From the NCBI GenBank assembly GCA_965637545.1, contig OZ281494.1, forward strand, positions 1,240,001 through 1,304,000: a DNA stretch of 64,000 bases. Direction: 5' to 3'. The position numbers were made by a program, and so were the translations under genes. This document shows positions 12,101 to 25,100 of this stretch, piece after piece. The first letter of the stretch is position 1. Each line of letters begins with the position of its first letter. The notes under the pieces were generated by a model that made no database searches, was not told the DNA's origin, and saw nothing but the letters and a program-made list of their open reading frames with translations. This DNA comes from Phallusia mammillata. Its lineage: Eukaryota.

Positions 12101-15100
12101 ATGTGGATCAAAAAGTTGAATGCATATGACTACACAGGAATTACACAATGCTGTAATATTTAGAAAAGCGTCACAACAAAGTCATGCACTGCTTCATTGA
12201 AAAACAAGTCAAGGAATCGCAAAATATATAAGAATCATATTCCTAATTTGCACACAATTATGCTGTTTGGATCATTAAGTAAAAAACGAATCAAAAAGTT
12301 GGACATATATTTGAGTTCTTTCTATGGTTTACCTGACCTAAATAATTTTGTTTTATAATTACTCACATTTTGCTTGGCAAGCGTAGTAAGCCGGTTCACC
12401 ACTGCAGTTCATGCTTGACTGCTCCCATCCGATCCCATAATGCAACGCTCCCTGCTGGCAAGTTGTAACGTTGGAAACGGGAAAGTTTGCCGGGGATCCG
12501 TCGCTCCAATACCAACCATTTAATGACGTGTTGTAACGAGCTCCAATTAGAATATTAATATCTGGAGGCAAATTTGCAAATGCTTTAAAAATAAAAATAA
12601 TAAGACAACTTTTGTCTTCGTATGTTTTCAAAACCAAGCACGTGGTGCCAGAAACGATCCATCATATCTGGTAAAATTTTCACACGTCTCCTTGACACTT
12701 CGTAACTTGCTTGAAGTTGGCTGTGTATATCTTCCATAGGTAAATATTTCTTTGTGGCGCCCCAGGGTGTTAATTTCGGAAAACAAGGAATACCGGAATT
12801 GCCATCCTGAAAACAATATACATTTCGTTTCAGGATAACCGTATGTAAAAAACGTTTTTGTTTGACCACAGTAATAAAGATAAAAGAAAGAACGTATTAA
12901 AACGGTATCAATAGCAAGATAGTAACAAAAAGTACAAGTATGTTTAATGGTGAAAACAACGGCCCAAATAGACGTAAAAAGCGACATGCTTTATTGTTCA
13001 AACGTTGCGGCAAATGCTCATGCCATTATCAGTGATGATGTATATGGTGTTCCAAAGTACACGTAAGTTAATCAGAAAAAATAATTTTCATTGAACAGAC
13101 TAAACGGTTTAAATAAAACAGTCTAAACAGCATTTGGTACTTGTGAATAATTTTGTTTTAGTTGTTGTTAGAGACTTTGGAGTCCGCAGTGTGTTTGTTG
13201 CCTTGTGTAATGTTTTCAGTCAATTTAGACATAAATTAGAACAGATGATACAAAATTTTGGCGTCTTTGTGTCAAATTTGAGCATCAACATTTTTGTTGT
13301 GGGCCGTTAGTAATAACAAAGCTGAATGAAACACAAACCTTGGCGTCCACAGTTTCTTCCAATGGTTACATTCCACCTGAAACTCCAATGATTGCAGAAG
13401 TAAATTTCTTGGCTATGAGTTCCATTGCTGCTGGACATTGGTATGTTTAACTATTTGCATTGGTTTGTAGTTAAAATTGCCACCTTTTGTACAAGTCGAA
13501 ATACCACAGATGTCCAAGAGATTTCGTACTGCTCCAACCCGCTTCAGCCGATTTATTTGAGTATTTGTATCGTCTAGGATCGGCGGTATTGTAAAAAATA
13601 TAAACTCTCTCTAAATCTAAAACATATTACGATTACTTGATTTTTCTCTAATCTATTTGCAACAATAATGTACAATGTGTTGATTTAAAGCTAAGTTTAT
13701 GCCTAACTATGGTTACAACATGGTCTGTTGTTGAACTACACACCATATTTAAAATATCGTTATTTTGTATTCACGCAGACCTGACGTGTATTTGTCTGTC
13801 ATGAGTTGAGTGAGAGTTGTGTTGATCTGTGGGTCATCAGTCATTGCAAGATTTCCACCCAGCAAAGAACATTTCTCTTGTGCAGAGTTTGCATCCACAA
13901 GATCGTCAGATAATATTAACACACTGTCCTTCACTGCTTGAAATGTATTTTCGCAACCTAAAAAATGTGTAATCAGTATTGTTATTGTGTTTCGTCGTTG
14001 CGTAATGCTGGATCGGGAAACTTTTTGGCAATTTATGGCTTTTTATACATTATACAGCCCGGTAACGAACACCTTGCGGACCGTTTGCGTTGCCTGGATC
14101 GCGGTGAAAATTGATTTAGTTTTTGAGAATTACTTTTGGAGAACATAATTTAAAACAGGGATCACTCTAAAGTGTGCAATTGAAGGTGTTATAACGAATC
14201 CAGTCGATCCGGGTGGCATTGTATATGAGAAGGCATCAACAAAACAAGTCGCCTTCAATGGGCCTAGCGGACTTTCATTCATGAATGTTTATGCCATAAT
14301 CGCTGGTGTGATAAACGCTTCAGTGCTGTTCTTAGATAGATGATAATTAATCTTAGCTGCCCGCCCAGTGATACCAATTCGACTCGTCTCTATTATTGAA
14401 GCACCGCTAAACATTACAACAATGCTAGGCGTGCTCAGTCAAAATATCTCCAATGTTTTGTCGTACTGCTGATGCTTACAAAGCTGACATGTGCAGCATA
14501 AGTGACAGGCAACTGTGCTTGTGGGTTGACTTTTGACGGCATACAACTAAGCGTGTAGCCGAGTTGGTAGAGGGCGACACCAGAAAGTGCTTTTTGTCGT
14601 GGGTTTGCATTCCACGGCAGTTATTATATTTTTAATGTATTTTCATAAGGTACCTCCGGTAACAAGAACCCTATTGCGATAACTGAAAAACCATTTAAGA
14701 GTTTCAGGCCAAATTTGGCGTAATGGTTACAGAGGTTGATATTAAACATCCGTGTAAACATCAGATTTGGAGGACGTTTGCAAGTTTTGTTTTTGTAGGA
14801 TGACAGTTGAAAAAACGTGGGCTTTATTACATACCTATGCTGTTTATAATGCCCAACATTTTCATGATTGTCTAGAAACCAAAGAAACGCTATAAACTTA
14901 TACAACACTTATACTGTCAACTAAGACATACAACTCTTAATCTGAAGGTACTAAAAACTAGGAATCAACGACTTCTTTACAGTGGATATAAAAAGTTGAA
15001 AACAGACACTTCCAAATTTGGACTGTTCACAATAACAATTACACATAACTTGCAAGTCCAAAACTTTGTAAATCATTGTAAGTAGGTATATATTTTAAAT

Positions 15101-15320
15101 TTACATCAAAGCTGAAGCATTTTTTCTTGTAGATACAAAATATGAGGAGTGGGCCTTACCTTCCGGGCCTATATACCTTCAGGTACCTTATGAGAATGTT
15201 TGCTTTTGTTTAATGTAAAAAGGAAGTGTCTGTTAATTAACACTTACTTTCAGTTTGTCCCTGTAAGCAATAAACCATTAGCGAAATTTCTAAAATTGTG
15301 TTTAACCAATCTCCAGTCAT
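6128..15320 (-). CDS. PTP-2: full-length receptor PTP (signal peptide - split C-type lectin-like domain - 2 FN3-like - TM - D1 - D2)
   Basis: Signal exon 15320-15248 ([24 protein letters not shown]). CTL N-half 13957-13781; insert exons ~13616-12641; CTL C-half ~12561-12368. FN3-like exons ~12097-10950. [32 protein letters not shown] (~9240), [15 protein letters not shown] (~7940-8030), D2 [10 protein letters not shown]. Stop TGA 6130-6128 after FDTYSNFK. Confidence 0.92.
14550..14622 (+). other. Degenerate tRNA-like / SINE head
   Basis: A-box-like TAGCCGAGTTGG and B-box-like GGTTTGCATTCC at tRNA-like spacing; no intact cloverleaf. Confidence 0.35.
14639..15197. mobile_element. MITE in PTP-2 intron 1
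   Basis: Terminal inverted repeats attttcataaggtacct / aggtaccttatgagaat. Confidence 0.6.
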
Positions 15321-18072
15321 CCCTTGAGTTTTGTGTTTGCGAACAGATTGTGCTGATCATACACTTTCGTTGGTGTACTAATCGTTCCGAGATGAAGTAA
15401 GTACTTAAAACAAACAAATGTTTGCATTGCAAGGTCATGCTAGGTTAGTTTGTGTTTTCGAAGGTGTTTTTGTTTATTAAAAACTTATCGTTCTGATATA
15501 ACCATTCACTAAAGGTAGCGGCTTTAGCAGAATGTTATACAATTTGCTACACTTGCTTTTAAATCAACTAACCCCTTTGTATTTAAAAATGATTATACAA
15601 AGCTGCAATTCTATTGAAAACTTTGATTGCTAGAATTCAAATTGCTAGATCTTGTTTGTCAAGCTACATCACCTCAACATCTTAACCATACAACAGTCTT
15701 GTTCTACTGTCATTTTGCACTGTACATCTCTTCTCGGCTTTCGGCACCAACCATGGCTTGTTGTTCTGCCTCTGAGCAGTCTTCAAAACATACGCCTGTG
15801 TATAGGTAACATTCAATTACGTTGCAAAAGCGTTGAGTAGGAGATAATGCACAACAGTTAATATAACGTTCACTTTGTTACTGTGAGCTCTGTTAGTAGA
15901 GCGCCTCCGCACAACAGGTTCCTGACGTTGGTTAAATCTGACTTGTCCTAAGCTTTTCCTGCCTACGCCACGCTGCACGAAAATACATGCAATGACTTGG
16001 TTTGGAACAACTCATCTTGTATGGCTTGTGCAATGTGGCATCACTATATGATTACTTAATGTGATTGTGTTTAAACCCACATATTTTGTTCATGGTAACG
16101 TACAATCCTGACAAGGCACAGACAAATTAATAATATTCTAAAACAACATTACCGTTACACTTTGTGCGGTCAACCTCACATTATGTAGAAGTTTTTATAC
16201 AGAAAACGTTCGAGTAACAAAGTAGCGTAACGTTAAAAGGACTTGGTTACTTTTTGTACTTCCGTATGTATCAGATAAGATGGGTTACCACAGCAACTCA
16301 AGTCGTAAACTTCTCAACAAATATCGAGCGGACAGCAACTCTGCGCTGTACGACCATCTGCAGAGCAACGCGAAACACAGTATGAACTTGAGACTGCACA
16401 CGGCTGCTGTTTGCGGAATCGGTTAGTATACAAGAACGCAGCCCTAACTAAATGGGGATCAAAATTCGCCCTCTTTTATGCAGCGCAAAGTGACGCACAG
16501 AGTGAACTTCCACACTGCAGTGTTGGCCTCGTCAAGAGATCGCACACGGCTGCTGCTTTCGTAGTCCCTTAGTATACGCATCGTTAGCCCAAAGCTAAAT
16601 GTGGATGAAAAATAGACCCCCTGTTCTTATTTAGCATCTGACCTTTGCATCTTTATGGGCTTTATATAACGTAATAACCTGTCACTGGTGCTGTCGTTCG
16701 GCTGGCTGACTTGTATGTTTCATGGCAGATTTTTTAAAACTGTAAACTGTGAATTGTGATTTTACATCAACACACTTTGTTGCTTAACGATCAGAATCTT
16801 CATTAGTTTATTTATCACAACCACAACAATCAGGCAAAACCGTTTGTTTGCCTCCAAATTGAAAATGGTTTAAATCATTTCAAAACAAACATTTTTATGG
16901 TGTGAAACAAATCAATGTAAAATTGATTATTTCAAGGTACAAATCAATCTGTATTGACTGTTCAACACTTGCCAATAAATTGTTCAACTCTTGCCGATAA
17001 AAGGTAAATATAAAATGCCTTTTTGTGGTAGCCCATTGAAACGGTAACAACATGAGACTAAAGTATTGCCAATAAAGCTATTACGTCATTAAATAATTCC
17101 GAAATTTTTATGCAATCCGACCACCAAACATTTGCGTGTCAATTAAAGCAGGTATGCAACAATGTTGGAAAGTGTTTAAATAAACTGGCTGTCGGTATAG
17201 ATTGGTGGTCCCGCCATAATCACATGTCAGTTAATCCAGTTGTTATGTCAACACGTGGAGGTGTTATTTCAGCTCTGATATCATACAAAGCAAACTTCGC
17301 TATTGCACAATATTGATGTAAGTTATTATAACAGCAAAGAGGCCAAACAAAAAACTAACAATATCTCCAATTCAATTCCTAAAAATGTATTTTACTTGTA
17401 ATAATTCATAATTTGAGCTTTCACATTTGCTTGAGTTTAGAATAAGATTGTGACCATTGGGGTTCTCGAGAAACATCTGTTTGTTCACAAACAAGTTAAA
17501 ATTTTGAATCAATAACCATACTTGATAAAAAAAATGTGCTAAGTTACAAATATTTGCGAAAGATTTATGACAATCGCAATAGCAAATGTACTGTTTTGTG
17601 CTACAACAAAATAGTGTTGGTCATCTGATTGTTTTCGGTTAACGCAAATTGCACAAACAATTGTCATGAAACAACGGCTATAACCATTTGAGATTTTAAG
17701 CCTTGGATGTTTCAGTGCAAAAAATTAACAAAGTAGTTGGGAAAGGAATCAGATCAAATTAATTTAAATATTATTTCGTATTTAGAGTTTGGATTTGTGG
17801 GTTCGACGTATGGCTCTTTGGGAAATACTCAGCGAAATAAACACCAGACAAAAACGCACTCAATTTAAAAAGTTTACATTAAAAACATACAACTTACTTG
17901 TTTCAACTTGACCTTGACCGCAGTGTCGTCATATTCGATCTCGTTCTTGAAGGTGAGTAATATGTTGATGACCTCACCGGGGACGTAACCACCTTTGTCA
18001 CACGAAGCTTGGACCAACAGGGGGCGCCCTATGAAAATTCCCTGCTTTTTTTGAAAACTTTCGGCATGGGCA

Positions 18073-18182
18073 GGAACTTGGCCGAACGGTCTGGCGCGCC
18101 TGACCCATATACAGACATAAAAAACCCTGATCGGGATTCGTCCCCGGGAGAGTCCTGGGTTCGAACCCCGTGAAAAAAAAAA
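18073..18182 (+). mobile_element. tRNA-derived SINE-like repeat, copy 1
   Basis: A-box TGGCCGAACGG, B-box GGTTCGAACCC, A-rich tail; a second copy lies inverted at 20958-21055. Confidence 0.7.
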
Positions 18183-18305
18183 CTTTTGGCATATTCTATG
18201 CGTTAAAATTTGCTAATGTACCTGACTTTACATTTGATGTTTTTGAATTCGTGATAGTTTGTATCTTGATTACCTTGTTTTGATTAGCATAACATTACCT
18301 TAGCC

Positions 18306-18660
18306 CAGCGGTTCCCAAACTGGGGTCCGCGGTCCTTTAGGGGTCCGTGAGGCAGTTTTAGGGGGACCGCGAAGCGTTTGAAGTAATTCTATAATCTTAT
18401 TTGGCGTCAGTTTGTGCCACTAAATGAGTTTAAATCGAAGTAGAATTGAGATCGTAACAATCGTAATGGTTTTATCCTGTTTGTGATGTCACATGCTGTC
18501 TTTCGATGATTTTTATGCGCAATTTTGCACAACTAGCTAAAATCCTGCAATCAACTTTCGTTTTTATGAAATACACATTTAGGCTTAAGGACCGCGAGCC
18601 CTCGACAAAACGGCAAAGGGACCGTTTAGAAAAAAATATGAAAAAGTTTGGGAACCATTG
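18306..18660. mobile_element. hAT (Charlie/Buster-type) MITE
   Basis: TIRs cagcggttcccaaact / agtttgggaaccattg; perfect 8-bp TSD ccttagcc (18298-18305, 18661-18668). Confidence 0.9.
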
Positions 18661-19786
18661 CCTTAGCCTGTGGGTCTTTCGTAAGGTCTGTTTTAGGCAC
18701 CACTGTGAATATTTTCCTTGTAGAGATATCTCTTCCCGATGGAATGTCAAACTTTGCGTAAATTGTGCAGCGCACCCTACCGACGCAACCAGGAACGAAA
18801 AGACAAAGTTCATGCCAAAGAAACGCAGTGTATGCTAAATAGGTATGTTATGGCATCGGACATTCGCTGATCTTTAAATGAACATGGCGAGTTCTCTAAA
18901 AGAGTAAATGAAAAAGGAAACTCGCTGACACCAGATGGCAGTGTTTCGCCCTCCCAAGACCGTCCACCTGGAAATGGGATCAGACAGTAAAAATGAAGGA
19001 ATGGAACACAATATGGCAGCCTTGCGACCTGCTCAATACGATTTCCCACATAATCGCAACCTCAGTAAGTCGAGGGTTTCTAAAGATGACATGCCGGGGT
19101 TTATATTGTTTTGTCAACTCGACGTTAATATGTTGGTATAGAGTAACAGGAAGAAAACGTAACACATGCCTGATAATTGCAACACTCGGTTCAGTGGTTT
19201 CCAACATGACGAAATTGTCTCTTAAAATCCAAAAGCATTTTCTTCCCAATATGCTACATAGTAGATGCTAAACCACACAAAGAATATTTGAAATAGGACT
19301 TTCAGCGTTCTAATTATTGCAGATTGACCAAAATAATTTTTTTTAGTATTTTAGTTACGTTGCAAATTGTCTGGGCAATATTTGTCAAATGCAGTCTAAA
19401 CAAAATTCGCAGTTGTACGCGACATATGCCCCATATTTCTGTGTTCAAACTTCAGCTTTATGAGAAACCAGGATATGTTTCAGTTGCAATATGTTCAGTA
19501 AACTTGCTCAATTCTTTCTAGACCCTCTTCAATGTTTAAAAACATGACAAACGGCGAATCAAACAATACTTTGTCAGCAACATTAGGAATTCACAAGCCC
19601 CGCAAAGCAACCATTGTTTTAGTAGAGGCACTTTGGCGGTGCTCAACATAATAAATTATAACATGTTTGAAAATCAAGCGAAACGAGCAAAAAGAGAGAA
19701 CGTAATGAATCTGCCGTGATCAACACATGATGGAGTGTATTTGACAGAAAGCGAAAAAAATTTAGGACGTAGAACAAACACTTAAT

Positions 19787-20239
19787 TTACCTTTTGAGAG
19801 GTATGATGATAATTTGAATAATAGTTTTGTGGGTACAAAGGTGTAGTAAATGGCCTTCGTAACCTGCTAACAACACAGCGCTTATGTTGGTAAATTTACG
19901 TATAGCGTATAGATCGTGATAACGATCAGCTTCGTCCGGATCTCTGATGATTAGTTGATTGAAGCTATACGTTGTGGTAATATACCTTCGGTTGGTATTG
20001 AATGAACTTATTTGCACGGCAATGTCTTTAGTCAAAACACTTTCAATGAATTCTTCCCTAGGCGGGAGTTCAAAATAGTCTGCTAGAACAAACAGTCTAG
20101 CGCACCAGTCTCTGTATACGTTTCTGTAGAAAACCAGCGGACGGCGCGGTAGCACGCCAAGTGGTATTACGTGTGGTAGATAAAGGCTACCTGTACTTTC
20201 GTCCTCACTTTCTGAGTTTTCTTCATCAATCAATGTCAT
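19787..20239 (-). CDS. Uncharacterised 150-aa ORF (possible first exon; product unknown)
   Basis: True ATG, 453 nt stop-free in AT-rich DNA, acidic N-terminus and globular-looking composition; ends at AAAAG|gtaaat, a possible donor. No family recognised. Confidence 0.4.
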   Translation of the reverse strand: MTLIDEENSESEDESTGSLYLPHVIPLGVLPRRPLVFYRNVYRDWCARLFVLADYFELPPREEFIESVLTKDIAVQISSFNTNRRYITTTYSFNQLIIRDPDEADRYHDLYAIRKFTNISAVLLAGYEGHLLHLCTHKTIIQIIIIPLKR

Positions 20240-20957
20240 GAGTCTCGATCAACATTGGTTTTGCACCTCAGTTTGTTTATTCAATCAACATGCTTATTCA
20301 AATAGAAGGTTTAAGAAACAAAACAAGTCGTTAGAAAGTAATAATAACAACCTTTACTCATAATTTCAAGTTCTACTAACAACAAACACATTACTCTAAA
20401 GTAACCATTTTGGACAGCAAGCAAATTAAGTTAACTGCTATTGGGCTAAAACTGTTGTGACAAATTACATTAGCGGTGCGTTTTATCTATTCATAACACG
20501 GGGCATTAAACTGCACAACTATGCTCTGGCCATTGGCTCTTGCACAAATTTCCACAGAAAGTAACGTCCAATCACAGCGCGGTACAAAACATACGGTTAA
20601 AGCGCGCAAACACCAGATCACAAAGTCGCCTCTGCATCCTAATTAACTGCGACAGGAAATATTACAAAGTCCGAACACGATTTGTCAATGCAGTGGGATT
20701 TGGTTGCTATACATTTTAACTTCCTCGCAGCCTTTGAGCTAGCGAGTCAAAATACCCCCCGCCATTTTTTTGAGCAATGAGCAATATATGGTCATTGCGG
20801 GATTGGGCATGAAAGTGGCACACAAGAAAATGCATATCATGCACAACACAACCGCTACAGTTTCGACCTCGGTTTATTAAGTCGTTTATCTTCATAAATA
20901 TAAAAAAATTACTGGTGGCATTTGGAAAAAACAAACATTATTTTGTTTCTTTTATTT

Positions 20958-21055
20958 CATGGGTTCGAACCCAGGGCACTCCCGGGGACGAATCCTGATC
21001 AGGGTTTTTATGTCTGTAAATGGGTCAGGCGCGCCGGACCATTCGGACAAGTTCC
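20958..21055 (-). mobile_element. tRNA-derived SINE-like repeat, copy 2
   Basis: Closely similar to the reverse complement of 18073-18170. Confidence 0.7.
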
Positions 21056-21563
21056 ATTAAAAAAACACAACACCGGTTTATTAACGGTTTGTAACAGAGT
21101 ATAGCAGTATGTGGACCCGCATAGTGGCGCAAGAGCGCGCTCTAGTCGTTGTTTGCCGTATGGTCAAACGTTTTTCCAGTTGCGCTATGTGCCTTCCAAC
21201 GTGTGGAAAATTGGTTTTGGTGTGGCCAACATATTGTTTGCCACACTAGTAGGCGGTGGCTACGGATATGCGGTAGTCGTGGGATAAAATGTCATTCAAC
21301 CAATTTTCTGGTTTGTTACAATAAGTTTCATAACGATTAGGTTAATATGAACAACTACATTACGTTTGTGCCACGAAACTGTTGCATGCGAATATCAAGA
21401 CACAAACGTTTGTGTAAAAATGAAACAGTAGTTTTCGAATTCCAAGTTTCTTACACACACTGATTTTGCATTTTTTTGCATTAAATTTTTGCATTCAAAT
21501 TTGATCCTTAAAGCATTTCGATATTAGTCCCCCGAAAAATTACCCACGAGTGAAATCTTAGAT

Positions 21564-21913
21564 CAGTGGTTCCCAACCGGGGAGGAGTTTCTCCCCAGGG
21601 AGGAATTTTATGAGTTCAGGGGAGGAATTTCATAAAAACTGCAAAAAAATTACATTGAAAATGTTACAGAATATTTTTGTTTTTACATTATTATGTATTA
21701 GTATAATTTGGACCCGGTTCACATTTGGTAAAGGATTCTGAATGGACATTATAAGGTCTATTCTAAAGGATTCTGAATGGACCATAATTATAAGGTCTAT
21801 TTCAAAATGCTTTAATTTTTAATGTTATATTTGTTATTCTTCTTATGGGGAGGAATAAATAGTTCGAAAATGGGCGAAGGGGGGAGTGTAACAAAAAAGG
21901 TTGGGAACCACTG
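21564..21913. mobile_element. hAT-type MITE downstream of PTP-3
   Basis: TIRs cagtggttcccaacc / ggttgggaaccactg; perfect TSD tcttagat. The homologous PTP-1 3' flank (~5180) is an empty site. Confidence 0.92.
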
Positions 21914-22061
21914 TCTTAGATCGATAAATTTCAACAAAGCATAAACGACCAACACATGCATTAGAAATTACAAAAAAAAGAATGAAAAAGCGTTATTACT
22001 GGAAAATAGAAATGGCCTACATTGAAAAATACTTCAGTACATAAAAAATTGTTCATTTAAA

Positions 22062-22087
22062 ATATATATATATATATATATATATAT
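22062..22087. repeat. (TA)n microsatellite in PTP-3 3' UTR
   Basis: About 13 AT units. Confidence 0.9.
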
Positions 22088-22127
22088 CACAGTAAACAGT
22101 TTACAGTGGCCCATAAATGCCTATAAT

Positions 22128-25100
22128 TCACTTGAAGTTTGAATAAGTGTCAAAATCGGAAAGATATTGCATGACAACAGAGTTGCAGTATTTGTAGAGT
22201 ACCTGTAATAACCAAAACATTATTTGAATACGCACTGGATAGTAGTGTTTTTTTTTCCATTGCGAAACAGAAAACTTTTTAAAAACATTTTTACCTTGTT
22301 GTCGACCATATTCGGTCTCATATCTCTCAGGTCTTTCACAGTTCGGAATACATCCACCCGCTTTTGTGCCTTCAAACGTTCGAGAATATTCACCAGAGCG
22401 ATGTAGGTCCCAGTTCTGGTTGATCCATTGCTGTAAACACATCATTATTTTAGAATCCGGTATTTCAAAAGTGTAAAATTACACTTAGTTAAGGCGGTTC
22501 AACAGGAGTTTTTCTGCTCAGATTTATATCCAATTTTGTTTAAAAATTCGCAAGAAAAACAATTACTGTTGACAACAGTAAAGCGTAATTAAGCTCCTAA
22601 TGAGCTTCTGTCGCGGATTTAAATCCGAAATTTATTGAGTTTGGACTTTTCTTCCACTCGCCTTTTCATATCAACATCTTTATGAGACCGGCATACCCCG
22701 GCATATCGCCTCTAATTAGTTGTTGTGCGTTTTCACAAACAAACTGTTAGACGTGGTATCCAAGTAAAACATTACCTGCATCCTACCAACACACATTTGG
22801 AATTCTGTTTGGTCTTTAGTCGTTGTATTTCCTCGATAATTTTGATGAAGTCCATTTCTTTCGGAGGTTGTTCCACGTCACTCCATCCCATGACTTGTAA
22901 AAGCATTACTTGCTGGGCAGCCTGACACCAAATAGGGGTTTTCTCAATTTTGTGTGAACAATTAGTTTTGTCAAAATAAAGAAAAGCTTAGTTTGGTTAA
23001 CATAGTAATTCGTTTGTAAGATACGTAATAATTTATTGTAAAAAAGTGTAAGAAAAAATTGTTGACAAAATACTAACTCTCCACCTCGAAATAGTAATAC
23101 AATCGATGTTGTCGGGAAGTTATTAACTTACAAAGGCGTTGGTTGCAGACCAGACGTTGACAGTTATCAGATTGTGAACGTTGAAACTATTCACTTCACG
23201 TACAGAAACCGAAATGTCTTCATATTGTAAAGCTGCATTGATTGGAATCTGAAAACGATGTATGGTATATAATATAGAGTACGGCTATTATAGGAAAATG
23301 CGAAACGTCAAAATTACTTGAATGCTATTGTCTAAATCAACGACAAGTGAAGCTCCTCTCTCCACGATCATCTTCCAGAAGTTTTCTTCTTCTCCTGGAG
23401 CAGGATTTCTTGCAGCGATTATGAGGTCTGAAGAGTCATGTTCCTGTAAAGAGAAATCTTGCATTTGATTGCCAACAACCAAAAATGCATTTGATTGATC
23501 CTTATTGGGTTTAGTTAAATGGCAAATACATTTGAAGCATTCTGGTACCAGAAAAAAATCACATCTCGAAAGTTATCACCTGGATATATGAAGCATCTAA
23601 TTGCTGCATACTTTCATTCTTTTTGTCGTAAACTTTGACTGATGTGTTTTTGTCTAAAAACAATGTTGTGTGTGATAGGAAAACATATGAAAGATTTGTA
23701 GTCAACTATTTACATGTTCTCAGCTGTGGGTGATTTTCCTGCCATTCTTCCCCAAATCTCCACGATGACAGCGTGTTGAATTCTTTGTCTTGCATTTTCT
23801 TACTAGAACACAAATCTTTAGTGTTTCAACGTAGAAATTCCTAATCAGAACAGAATGTGTATAATATGCGTAAGCAATCATATGTCGCATTCTCTTATAC
23901 TGTACGTAGCGAAAGTCCCATAATAAAACTTTCACCTATTAACTGGTGGGTCAAATGCTTAAATATCTGAACGGGCAATGTACTACTAAACTGTTTGGGT
24001 GCAAGTCGCTTCACAACGATACAAGAAAATACAATTACTGCAAAGGCAAATGCCCTGTATGCAAGCTAACAAAAAGTAACAATTGACTTACATTTCACTT
24101 GTAGTCATCGTTTGTAGTTCTGTCACATCTTTATCTGTTTTCATCAAACTTTCTCGCTCCATAAGCAGTTTGTAGACGTACATGTATTGTTTCTGTATAA
24201 AATATACGCTATTGAAACTAATTTACGTGTACTGGAATTAGTTGCTTACATTATAACTTTACTTTTATCAATGTCAAGTTGTGTATAGTAGATAAAAATA
24301 CATACCAATAGTACAATTATGGTCAAGCCGATTCATAACTTCAAGCCAACTAAAGCCCGATGTGCTTTCGGTTAGGTGTATATGATTAATGTATCGTCAA
24401 GTGTAATTAGAGCGACGATCAGCTTACCGAGTTTTGAATCATGTCTTTTCGATTCTCTCTCATTCTTAACACGGTTTGTGGCACATCAACTGTCCCTTTG
24501 TCGTCAAGTTCATGAAACAAAGTGTCCATCGCTATGTAAGTTCCTGTGCGTCCCACTCCAGCACTGCATACAAACATATGCTTCATTTGAGTGATCAAAT
24601 AACATAGGGTTGATTAAGTCTTTTTACCTGCAGTGCACAATGATTGGAGCATTTGTGTTTTGCAAATCATCAACCATGTTACGTAGGTGGATCATGTTGG
24701 ATGTAGTTACTGGAATCCCATGATCGGGCCAAGTTGTAAACTGCAACTGTGTTATGGTTCGTTGCTCCTGTAAAACATACTCGCATAACTTATAATAGAC
24801 TGTTTTTTTTATTCGTCACCGCACCAGGAATTCCAGAACAATTCCTTTCATCCACTTTCGCATTAGACTGTGTTCAGTTTATACTTTACTTAATATGGAA
24901 ATATAGAAACTGGTTTTTAGGTTATGGTCATGTCAGAACTTAAGAGTTTATCAAATCTCAAACTAGTGGATTTCAAAGAAATATTAGAAGATAGCCGCTT
25001 TGTATTTGCTGCGGCTCGTTTGCGTTCATTTCCTCCCTTTTTTCTTTACGCCGAAACCCTGATTGGAAGATCAGATTTCAGTGCACTTAATCAACGGGCA

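Larger units (their letters stand above)
17898..18967 (-). pseudogene. Alpha-arrestin (ARRDC-like) gene relic
   Basis: Phase-compatible exons: 18967-18862 (GETLPSGVSEFPFSFTLLENSPCSF; arrestin_N G-x-x-x-FPFSF motif), 18776-18662 (VRCTIYAKFDIPSGRDISTRKIFTVVPKTDLTKDP) and ~18070-17898 (GRPLLVQASCDKGGYVPGEVINILLTFKN..VKVKLKQ|gt; arrestin_C GYxPGE motif). Disrupted by a MITE and a SINE-like repeat; no clear first or last exons. Confidence 0.8.

Noticed and set aside
14150-14430. Nearly open frames on both strands in PTP-2 intron 1
   Set aside because: Contains stops, no recognisable motif or splice context; likely decayed TE.
18073-18170. Possible functional tRNA with CAT anticodon and long variable arm
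   Set aside because: No 3' acceptor strand, mismatched T-stem and C at position 33; treated as SINE-like.
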